A stretch of 64,000 nucleotides of DNA from Guillardia theta CCMP2712 (Eukaryota > Protista > Cryptophyta). Shown in pieces: positions 36,983 through 47,110 of this stretch. The stretch spans positions 377,537 through 441,536 of the forward strand of contig NW_005434607.1 of NCBI RefSeq assembly GCF_000315625.1, read 5' to 3'. The notes under the pieces are model-generated. The model saw nothing but the letters and a program-made list of their open reading frames with translations, was not told where the DNA came from and ran no database searches. The position numbers and the translations under genes were made by a program. Position 1 is the first letter of the stretch. Every line of letters starts with the position of its first letter.

Positions 36983-39130
36983 TTATGGTGTCGCCTCATC
37001 GCCTCCCTCCAGTTGCTCTTCACTCTGAGACCGTGCCTTGTCTACGAGCTGGATGCTGATCTCCGCTCCTTTTAGCCATGCCACGTCTTTCTTGGACAAG
37101 AACATCGCGTGCTGAGTAACGTTTTCCATCTGCTGCTTCTCCATCTCACTTGCTGTCTTGTCGTTGGTGAAAACCTGAGCTCCTCTCCAACGTGCTTTCC
37201 CCTCAAGCTCTGAGGGTAGAACAAACACAAGGCACACCCTCTCAAACTTGTTCTTGGCTCGTAGAGCTGTCAACATCCTACACAGTGGTCCAAGCTTGAT
37301 CGGGTGTTTTCCTGCTATCGTCATCTGGAACATGTAGAGGACCTCCTGATCTGACAATAAAAGCGCATCCACACAAGGGAAGTTCGATGCCTTGGGCTTG
37401 CAATATGTGTTCTCCATGATCTTCCACTCGTTGAGTCCTGTTGTAGAGAACTCAAACTATGCCTGCGACTTCTTCATACGCAAATCTATCTCTTCCCTTG
37501 CCCCTTCATCATCCTCACCCGACCCTAGACTGCGCAATCTGTATCTCCCTCCTTTCTTCAGCACCTCATGTGCCAAGCATTCAAAAACTAGAGCTGCCGC
37601 CCCATATCACCCAGAATCAGAGCCTGAGAAGGCAAGGTCTACAAGCCTATCCCGGTCTGTTTTGACAAGTCGGGCAAAGATCTTCTCCGCGGCTTTCTGC
37701 GAGCATGCTCGAGCGCTGATAGTCTTGTAGTCTGAGCTTGGGACCAGGTGAATCAGTCTCGATGGCATTCCCAGGTCTTCGTTCACTGCTGCTTGCATCT
37801 TTTCCTGTAGCGACGACAGTGAGGTTATCGTCTGTATCGCCTGCTCAAGTGTCCCTATAGGCCTCAATATGACATTCCTCGGTACGTTCCCCCAATCCTC
37901 GACGATATTCCTTGCTTCTTCTTCGTTCACGCGACCCCCTTGCATCTTGATGAAGATTGACATCTCCTCATCAGTCCATGTTGGCAGAAAGTATCGCCCC
38001 GCCCCATTGTTCAGAATGTCCTTGAACCCTCCAAGCTTGGGTGAAGACAGTATGATTGTCTTCGCCAAAATTGCTATCACGTAGCTCCCCAGGCCTTTGT
38101 ACAGGTCACAGATGTACCACCCCCGGAAATTGATGAGAAAGTTTACAACGACGGTCACATCTCCAAACTTACTCCATTCTGCCCCATCAAAGTACCAGTA
38201 ATTGGTTCCTACCTGATAGACTACTTCCTCATCAGAGCCGAGAAGCTGAAGAAGAAAGAAGTAGGCAAAGCATGACTTCCCTATCCCTGGACTCCCTGTG
38301 AGGATGACCTGCCCATTCTTCGGCGTCTCCGTGTCCAAGCGGAAGTACTCTGCAATCACCTGCTTCATCTCCAAGTAGCAATCTCGAAGGAACAGCTGAT
38401 TTCCGAAAACCTCATTCCCTCCCAAGAAGGTCGAGAAGCTCACAATCTCTTGAGCTGAGTAAGTCTTGCCCGCCCTCGCAACCTGGCAAAGCTCGTTCAA
38501 GAAGGACAGGAACATGTCGCCTATCAGCCCCGTCAGCGCCTTCAGTCGTCAAACTTGTGCACTGCTAGCATTACCTTGAGGTTTTGACAGGAAGTCTTCA
38601 GGCTTCTTTGAACCTTGAGTCTTCTTCTTCTCGATCAGGAGTAGATCGCGAAGCTGCTCCTCTTTCTTTAGAAGTCGATCCTCTTTCTTTAGAAGTCGAT
38701 CCTTTTCCTTGCGGAGCTGCTCCTCTTTCTTGCGCCAGTATTGCCGCTCGTCCTTGTCAGTGTCTGGATCGAGTGCACGTTTCTCTGCCTCTCTGATCTG
38801 TCGGCTGNNNNNNNNNNNNNNNNNNNNNNNNNNNNNNNNNNNNNNNNNNNNNNNNNNNNNNNNNNNNNNNNNNNNNNNNNNNNNNNNNNNNNNNNNNNNN
38901 NNNNNNNNNNNNNNNNNNNNNNNNNNNNNNNNNNNNNNNNNNNNNNNNNNNNNNNNNNNNNNNNNNNNNNNNNNNNNNNNNNNNNNNNNNNNNNNNNNNN
39001 NCATGTAGCTCGTGACAGCAGTCCTCCTCGGCCGGATGCATACATCGAGTGCGCAGGGGCAGAAGGCATGGATGGCAGGAAGGAGCATAAGGGCGGTGAG
39101 AGGCAGAGAGGGGCCACCGGTTCCTACCAT
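36983..39130 (-). pseudogene. Crinkler/RHS-type protein, copy 2
   Basis: Near-identical to copy 1. Same in-frame TGA (37607-37609) but the nuclease frame is intact (ENTYCKPKASNFPCVDA). Shorter C-terminus; N-gap in the header. Confidence 0.8.
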
Positions 39131-39297
39131 GGCGGGAGGTGCGCGATTGGGTAAGAGGAGTGTAGTACCCACCCTTACCTCTACGAAAGGCTCCATCCCT
39201 CTGATTGTGTACCCCTATTACCCCGTAGTTTCGGTAGCCCCACCACCCCCTCGAGTCCTCCGAAGCTCCAGAAGGCTGAGTAGTTGAGTAATCCCTA

Positions 39298-40090
39298 GCT
39301 ACCGGGAAAGGGCGACATAGAAATGTCCATGCGAGAAGCACCGTGTGGGTTTCAAGGTGAAGTCGACTGCCTGCGACAGTCAGCGATCGGACTGCCCGTG
39401 AGACTTGTTGATGGTGAACGCCAAGGACAGAAGAAAGGGGACTGAATTGGATCTGTGGCAACATGTCATGATAGTTGCCTCCGCCATGTTGCGATAGCTG
39501 AAGCCGGGTTCCATTACACAATTTGGGAGGTGACTAGCAGGATGGGAGCAGCGACCTTGAGCGAGAGCTCATGAGGAGGGAAACCACCCGGGCTGAGAGA
39601 GTCGGAGAAATTCCACAATGGGGAACTGGACTACTTCTTCCTGATCCATGACCGTGTATCAATTGAATGATACGTTCTAGGCGGAGTGGGAAGTCGTTGA
39701 AGGATTGCCGGGCTTACCTTAGGTGCGGCATTGTTGATCGGGCACTGAAAGGATTTCTTGCAGTGACAACGATGCCAAGCTCTGCACATTGTGTAGGAGA
39801 TCAGGGAAGACTTTTTCGACCAGTTCCTGTTGAGAATTGACCGAAGAACAAACATTTGGAGCAAGATCAATCATGCTGTCAACCCGGGGTCGGGAGTAGA
39901 TCCTCACCGACCATCAGTAGCCTGATCGCAAGCTCTTGTGCGTATACTTCCCCACTGAACGCAGCACGCATGTTTCTTCTGAGACTGAGGGGTTGAGCTC
40001 TGGTCCACAAAGACGAAGACTTGATTGACGCCTCAATCTCCGGTTTGACGAAAGTCACCTGCCCAAACAGCTAACACTCGGCCCATGGAG
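39298..40090 (-). mobile_element. Degenerate Helitron PIF1-helicase fragment (second copy)
   Basis: As 35090-35860, and additionally retains CFSHGHFYVALSR at about 39300-39342. Confidence 0.75.
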
Positions 40091-40229
40091 ACATCAAGTT
40101 GTTTGTTGAGACTACTGATCGGAGCTATATTCTTTCCTCAGCCTATGGCAAGCAGCTGATGTGGCTCGTTGCACAGGTGCTGGAAGGTTCATGGAGAGGA
40201 CAGCAGCCGCTGTGATAGGGGTTACCCGG

Positions 40230-40436
40230 AAGAAGAGCGACGGTGTGATGCAGGCCCACGAGGGCAAGACAAGTCTATCCATGCCAGAGTATAAAGCACT
40301 CCTCAACATCTTGAAGGAGGTGAGACCTCGCAGAGGAAGTTGAGAGTCCGGCAGCTCCTTTGATTTTCTCTTGGGCATGCTGTTCTGTCATGTGGAACCA
40401 GGTATGCAGAAGCGAGAGTCTAGCCTCGGACATTTC
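40230..40436 (+). mobile_element. Crypton-like tyrosine recombinase fragment (second copy)
   Basis: Matches 36000-36205. Confidence 0.45.
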
Positions 40437-40437
40437 A

Positions 40438-40578
40438 GATGATGATAATGATGATGATGATGATGATGAAGATGATGATGATGATGATGTTGTTGTTGTT
40501 GTTGAAGATGATGATGGTGATGATGAGGAGGAGGACGATGACGATGACGACGACGATGATGATGACGATGCAGATGAA

Positions 40579-40610
<32 letters not shown>

Positions 40611-40695
40611 CGATGATGATGACGATGATGATGATGTTGTTGTTGTTGTTGTTGTTGTTGAAGATGATGATGGTGATGATGAGGAGGAGGACGAT

Positions 40696-40727
<32 letters not shown>

Positions 40728-40925
40728 TGATGACGATGCAGATAATGATGATGATGATGATGATGATGATGAAGAAGAAGAAGAAGAAGAAGAAGAAGAA
40801 GAAGATGGAAATGACGATGTTGGTAGTAATTAGCCCGATGATGATGATGATGATGATGACGGAGGTAATCGAGGTAATGAAGGAGAACACGAAGAAGAAG
40901 AAGAAGAAGAAGATGGAGATGATGG
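40438..40925. repeat. Compound (GAT)/(GTT)/(GAC)/(GAA)n microsatellite, expanded relative to unit 1
   Basis: Direct reading. Confidence 0.9.
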
Positions 40926-41274
40926 CGATACAAGTGATGATTGATGTATCTTGGTCGTGTTTTCGCGGCGGAGCGCCAAGTTTCGCTCTGCGTCGCTGTT
41001 CAATATGGATGGACGGTCTTGTGAGAGTGTGCATGTGCTGGGCATCATCCATTCTCTCAGTCCACGTTTGTCTCGAGGAGTTGTATCGAATGATCTAGAT
41101 CATTATGTTGTCCGTCGAACGATGCAATCTCTGTCCCAACACGAAGCTTCATACAGATACATATATTGGTTACCCGAGCTACAGTGCTCGTCACCGTGAC
41201 TGCCGCCATGGATCTCACCCATGACCACATGAGCCGTCCATCCTCTGTAGCCGCTAGAGCTACTACAAGCTCTC

Positions 41275-41452
41275 ATTGTTCAGAATGTCCTTGAACCCTC
41301 CAAGCTTGGGTGAAGACAGTATGATTGTCTTCGCCAAACTTGCTATCACGTAGCTCCCCAGGCCTTTGTACAGGTCACAGATGTACCACCCCCGGAAATT
41401 GATGAGAAAGTTTACAACGACGGTCACATCTCCAAACTTACTCCATTCTGCC
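41275..41452 (-). pseudogene. Third, internally deleted Crinkler fragment
   Basis: Matches about 33800-33978 (copy-1 allele aaacttgc) and is fused directly to the unit start. Confidence 0.85.
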
Positions 41453-41570
41453 TGTTAGGATATGCTCCTAAACTGTGATTCAAATAACAGTGCGAGTGAT
41501 GCGCAGCAGTTCCTTCAAGAAACAAACACGATCCGTAAACCATGCACGTCAAGTTTATTCTTTCTCAATT
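41453..41570 (-). mobile_element. Probable LTR 3' end (U5) of a Copia-type element
   Basis: Crinkler homology stops abruptly at tgttagga. On the minus strand AATAAA lies about 100 nt before a terminal ...taaca. Confidence 0.35.
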
Positions 41571-43199
41571 TTCCTTAAAATAACTAAATAGGAATCAGAT
41601 ACCTCAAACTGTCTGACAGATGCCGGACCAACCTTGTTCCATCTAGGGGACATATGGTACCAAAATAACCCCCCCCCCGGGGTCTAGAATTTTCAAGGTC
41701 CCCTCTACTAGGGGTGGTTCGGCATTAGAGAGTGGGAGCAAGGGGTTCTATGGTGTAACGGCTAGTGTAGAAGGAGGGGTGGGTTTAGTTAAGGCCAAAG
41801 GACGGTCCATCAAGGCTAAGGGGTAGTTTTGTGGGTCCGCCTCAGATTTATTCTTCTGGTGAAAGTTTGAGCAAAGTATCGCGTTGAAGTATGAGGGAGT
41901 TTAGGTGTTGATTTTAAGGTTTAGGGTGAAGTAGTCGAATGAGATTTCGTCCAAGGTTGAATGGAATGTGTTTCTGAAGTTTGACAAAGTTTGTTGAGTT
42001 TGTGTTTGGATGATTTGTGTGCAATGTTGAGGTTGCCATGAGGGCTTTGAGTTTGTAGTAATGTATTTGGATATCTGCATCTTCAATGAATGCCAAATAA
42101 TACCTTTGGAAAGCAGGGCATGATTTCACCAGGGTACTTGAACTTTTTAGTAGGGGTAGCACAAAAATTATGCTACTTATAAAAATGTTATATAATACAT
42201 GCAGGACAAACCATTAGTCCATTAGTTTTACTCAACGGAACCTCTAATTGCTTCTACCTGTTGAGGCAACTGATCGGCTGAGAGCCTGGCAAGCCTCACC
42301 TCAGGTCATGTCAAGCAGTCGATGTGGCTCTGTGCACAAGCGCACTGAAAGGACAGCAACTTGGCAGCTACAATAGGGACGACGTACGAGGATCATGGAA
42401 CCTCCAGGCTATGGGACTAGGACTCGGACCGGTCGAAGGATCATACCGCGGATACGAAGCGTAGAGTACCGGTAGTGGTAGTTCCTAGGACCAGGCATCC
42501 TCTCAGTCTATTTGAGGGATCGAGAGAGAGGAAGAGGGGCCGCTCGCATTTGCAGGAAAGGGAAAGGAGAATGAGGTGAAGGGTCTAAACAAGCTTGTAC
42601 ATCTGTACCACCTCTATTACTTCTCTGAATCCTGATATTATTCCTGCGCGGCCATCGGTGATCGCAAGTATCATCACTATAGATACTTCATCACTGTCTA
42701 CTTCGTGTGTATAATGATATCCCAGGTGATACACTAGCAAGTAAATACATTGGAAAACGTGAGGAGACAAACTTTTATAAATCAATTTAAAATTTCAATG
42801 ATTTTTACGAACACCCAAAAAATCTATTCATTCCTCTTTATTTTCCTTACCAAATCCCTATTATATTTTATTCAATTGAAATAATAGCTGCGCATTGGTG
42901 CGGATCATCACACAAAATAACCAAAAACAAACGAGCGCACACACGGAGTGTGCCAGAGCAAACATAATATCAATCAAAATTATGAATCCTTCAAGGATCA
43001 TATAAGTAATAAAAAAATCTATGTGGGGTGAAACCGCAAAATATTAAACACGTTGTTTTTGCGAACCCCCTCTAAGTAATTAATAAATTATATTATATTT
43101 TATTATATGTAAATCATAGCTGCACATTGCTGCGCATTATTACATGATATAACCAAATATAAACGAGCGTACCCACGGAGTGGGCCTGAACAAACATGC

Positions 43200-43460
43200 A
43201 AACCCTTGCAAAACCCTGCTAATCCTTGAAGCGTGGAGGGTTATTCAATTAATCATAAACCCTCCACTAAACCCTTCACTTCACAAATCATTACCAGAAT
43301 CATATATATTTAATTATTTATCTGTATATATAGACGACTGAGTGGAGGGTGTGGAGGGTGTGGTGGGTTTTTTTCTGAACTTCTCTCAGTTGATCGATCT
43401 TGGCCTATTAGTAATTGACCTCACAAACCCTCCAACCTTCCACACTCTCCATCCGCTCAA
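43200..43460. promoter_or_regulatory. Iteron-like inverted repeat cluster (GTGGAGGGT / ACCCTCCAC), candidate replication origin A
   Basis: gtggagggtgtggagggtgtggtggg faces aaaccctccaaccttccacactctcca; additional copies lie across an AT-rich core. Confidence 0.55.
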
Positions 43461-43579
43461 AAACCTACCCCCCGCCTACCCTCCGCCTACCTCCTTTTTA
43501 TTAAACCCCCTTTATCATTACCATTATTATACTAAATTATATTTTTTATTTTATTATTATCTATCTTTCTTTGTTATAA

Positions 43580-44032
43580 ATGAGCACTAGAAAAGGCAAC
43601 ACATGGATTCAAGCGCTGAAAGAGTTCAAGAAAGGTCATTCTGGCACTTGGTGCATTGTCAAGAAAGGATCAAAAGAATATGATCATGTTAAGGGGATCA
43701 TGCAAGATCTAAAAACTTATGACGGCAAATTACCAAATAAACAACATGCAAAACCTGTTAAACCTATGAAACAAGATATTGTCAATGCAAATCAGCAATA
43801 CAAGGATAAAGCGAGTGTTGGACCTAAACAAAAGAAAATGACAAAAAAAGAAAGATATGATAAAGCAATTAAATTAAAAGTTGGAGATATCAAAAGCAAT
43901 AATAAATGCCCCGTGTGTGATCATCAATTTGATAAAACACCATCAAAGAATGAATTTATTGCGCATGTGAATAGCGACAAACATAAGAAAGTATTGTCGA
44001 ATTCAAAATTTATGCTTGAATTTGATAAATAA
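43580..44032 (+). CDS. Small basic viral protein, NxWIxALK...WCxxKKG family, with a C-terminal C2H2-type zinc finger
   Basis: ORF conserved in relic B (49932-50378); CPVC...HVNSDKH; preceded by tatctatctttctttgttataa. Confidence 0.75.
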   Translation: MSTRKGNTWIQALKEFKKGHSGTWCIVKKGSKEYDHVKGIMQDLKTYDGKLPNKQHAKPVKPMKQDIVNANQQYKDKASVGPKQKKMTKKERYDKAIKLKVGDIKSNNKCPVCDHQFDKTPSKNEFIAHVNSDKHKKVLSNSKFMLEFDK

Positions 44033-44069
44033 ATATTTTATTATTTTTATCTATCTTTCTTTATTATAA

Positions 44070-44374
44070 ATGAGTAAAAAGAAGCTAATTCTTGGATTGA
44101 TGCCTTAAAGACTTATAATAAGGCACATTCTGGAGGAGATCAAGAAAAAGGCCTTTCTCTTGGTGGTGCTTGGTGTGTCCCAAGGAAAGGAACACCAGAA
44201 TATGAAGCTGTTAAAAATATTCACGACTACAAAATTAAAAAAACACCTTTGAAAGATGAAGATGCAAAACTTAAGAAAGAACACAAAGAAAGAGTGAAAT
44301 TTATATTAGGGTCTGATGTGGTCGGTGGCGGGAAGCTTAATGATGCACATAAAAAAATGCTGAATCATTTTTGA
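44070..44374 (+). pseudogene. Second paralogue of the NxWIxALK...WCxPxKG family, with a 1-nt deletion near the start
   Basis: atgagtaaaaagaagct here versus atgagtaaaaagaaagct in relic B. Confidence 0.75.
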
Positions 44375-44402
44375 TTCCCTAAAAAATAAAACTATTATTT
44401 AA

Positions 44403-44609
44403 ATGAGCAAAAAGAAAAATAATTCTTGGAAAGGATCGAATACTTGGTGCATACCAAAAAAAGGAAGTCGTCACATGGAAGCAGCTAAAAATATTAAATC
44501 ATATCTTGATCTTAGCGATGCAGATAAAAAGAAATATTTCAAAGTTTCCCCTGTTTCAAAAGAAGGCATAAAAATAATGACTGATAAGGTCAATGAACCA
44601 CACAATTAA
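44403..44609 (+). CDS. Third, shortened paralogue (NSW...TWCIPKKGS)
   Basis: Shares the motif with the two upstream ORFs. Confidence 0.6.
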   Translation: MSKKKNNSWKGSNTWCIPKKGSRHMEAAKNIKSYLDLSDADKKKYFKVSPVSKEGIKIMTDKVNEPHN

Positions 44610-44929
44610 AAAAGAAAGAAACTTATTATGATAAGGACGGGAAAAAAAGAACAAAAACATTCATTCAAGAATATAGACCTTATCAAGGCATATATTTGAA
44701 AGATGACATAGAAAATTATACAAAACTATTAATGAAAGGCAGCAAAAAATACTTTGGGGTCGGTCTTTCAAAAACAAAGAGAAAAAAAGAGTTTGGAATT
44801 CAAGATTTAGAACCTAATCAACAATATAAAAATAAGGTTGGACCTAACCCACAGAAAAATAAACCTAAAGATGATGGCTTAAAATTAGTTTCGATCAGTA
44901 AGGAAGATTTTGCAAAAATGAAATTTTAA
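44578..44929 (+). pseudogene. Lysine-rich viral ORF remnant
   Basis: ORF 44696-44929 has an extendable AT-rich upstream region and is followed by a hairpin. Confidence 0.35.
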
Positions 44930-46155
44930 ATGATCTTATTTTTGGTTTTTTATGTAAGGAAACATAAAACTACATAAGAAAAATAATTATCTATATATAT
45001 TATAAAGGATGAATCGCCAAAAAAGAAACCCTCAACCAGTCCAGAATCGGTTCAAACCTGAGAATTCAAAACCAAGCCAAAGGCACAAAAACCCAAGAAG
45101 CAACCAAAGCAACCAAAGCAAAATCGGCCAAAGCAAACACAGCCCAAGCCTGCACAAGCAAAGAGCTAATCGAATCACGATCCACCTCACTGGCCAGAAT
45201 CTATTTAACCCAAGATCCACCAAAGACTAACTCTCAGTACACCTGAGATCCTTACACCAACCTCATTCACCTCCTGAACGATACACAGCTGTGCAGTCTC
45301 TAACACCTTCACTGATGGTTGTAGAACTCTCAGAAGAACCACACAACACCACCAACACTTCCTTTATTCACAGCAACCACCTTCCCTTCAATCCCTTGCA
45401 ACCCAATCACAATGCACAGCGCTCTGGACACGTGTCCTCCTACCCCCCTCTTCACTGCCTGACCCTCAGGCTCGTCGATTCCTTAATTCCAGACCTATGT
45501 CAAAACCCACTTCCATCTCGCTGAGCTTCGTCCACCGATGAGACGCAATACCCTGAACTTCTCGCCGTCTCTAAGAACTTATCCGAGTTCTTACACCCTC
45601 CCTGACGAAGCTAAGCGAGATTCTCAGCTTCCTTTTCCATTTCATCCGTCATCCTCTGGAAACCCCTTTTTTCAAACATCTCCCTGCTCCGGAGGCTCCT
45701 CCAAGCTGCAACACCGCGCTCTCCTCCTCCAAGCTCAGCGGCTGTTTGACTTTTGTGTTTCATAGGACGAACGTCACGATATGAACCCCGAGAACGCATA
45801 TATCCTGATGGTTCTGAAACCGTTATCGAGTCATGTCTTTCAAATCGACATGCCAAAGCGAATTGACATCGTCGGCTCGATCCTGTCGAAAAGACGACTG
45901 CTTATGCACAGGACGTGACACGAATTTAGCAACTCGACAGATATGACAAGGAGACGCGACAATGCGTCGATTGTAAGTCACATATCTTATCCTCCTTCGC
46001 TTCAACTGCGCACCCTGGTGCACCTGCTCTCCTCCTCTGCGTCCGCACTGGCCCATTTCACCTGAGCACCTCCTCCGCTTGACTCAACCCTGTGGCACCT
46101 GCGCTCCTCCTCCGCTTGAGCTGCGGCCGCAGTGCGGTCGCACCCCGCCAACAGT

Positions 46156-46353
46156 GCACCTGCGCTGCTCCTCCACCTGAGCTGCGGCTGCTCCCCGCCA
46201 TTGCAGGGCCTGCGTTGCTCCTCCAGCGCTTACGCTTCAGCAGCACTCCTGCAGCACCTGCGCTGCTCCTCCACCTGCGCTCCGGCTGCTCCCCGCCATT
46301 GCAGGGCCTGCGCTGCTCCTCCAGCGCTTGCGCTTCAGCAGCACTCCTGCACC
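46156..46353. repeat. Two tandem GC-rich units of about 98 bp
   Basis: tgcgctgctcctccacctg...cagcactcctgca repeated at 46161 and 46259. Confidence 0.8.
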
Positions 46354-47110
46354 ACCTTGCACTCGGGCTCCTCAGCTTGTACCATCCGCATGCCACTAGA
46401 GACGCTCCTCATCCGCCTGCGCTGTCCGCATGCTCCTGTGCTCCTCCTCATCTTCCATCATAAACTCTTCCCTTCCAATCAAGCTCCAGAGATCAGGTTC
46501 AGAATTCTTGCAATGCATTGATTGATCTCTGATTGTTTTGAACACAATTTTCTCGTTTCTAATCTATGGGCCCTTTCTATCCTATCCACCCCGGGGATCA
46601 TTGTTTTGCCAAGGCACAAAATCATTTTGACGTTCAATTTCATCGTTCACTACCGTCATGGGTTCCATAGATCAGGATGAGCGAGTTTCTAAGATACTAA
46701 CCTAGAACAGATGTCTTGGTTGCAGCTAACCACAAGCTTGAGGAAGACGTGTCTGTCTTTATCCTCCTTCCGATTCATCCGATTCTTTCACGTTCTCCAT
46801 GAGAGTCTCCTCGGTGACATCACCCGAGACACCCTCCCTGAATCGGATAGAAGACGGAAGACTGATAGTTCTTGAGCAACACGGACTCGGTGGCAACGGT
46901 CCGAGACACCCTCCCTGACTCGGGTAACAGACGGAAGATAAAACCTGGAAGCCACCGCAGCAGGATCCGATCGGTTGAATCTCCCTGTCGGAGGCTGGAG
47001 CGGCGGATCACCGTCAACCACACACGGGGCATACAACTTTGACGGACGGCATGGGAACAGAGTAGCACTGTCACCGACAGAAGCGCAGAGAGCATGACAG
47101 GCGAGCATCC

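Larger units (their letters stand above)
32677..41274. repeat. Tandem duplication of a 4.2-4.3 kb composite unit (units start at 32677 and 36914; a third starts at 41246)
   Basis: Each unit starts tgtagccgctagagctactac and the units are near-identical throughout. Confidence 0.9.
42733..45040 (+). mobile_element. Endogenous virophage/Polinton-like virus relic A
   Basis: Abrupt AT-rich, intronless, compact ORFs. 42733-44270 is a diverged inverted homologue of 49690-51028, which is linked to a pPolB gene. Confidence 0.7.

Noticed and set aside
36130-41098. Poly-D/E, poly-H, poly-M and poly-I ORFs
   Set aside because: Translations of trinucleotide microsatellites whose lengths differ between the duplicated units.
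45009-45230. Complete viral gene at 45009
   Set aside because: It has a viral-type promoter and start, but composition shifts soon after, suggesting truncation and fusion to other DNA.
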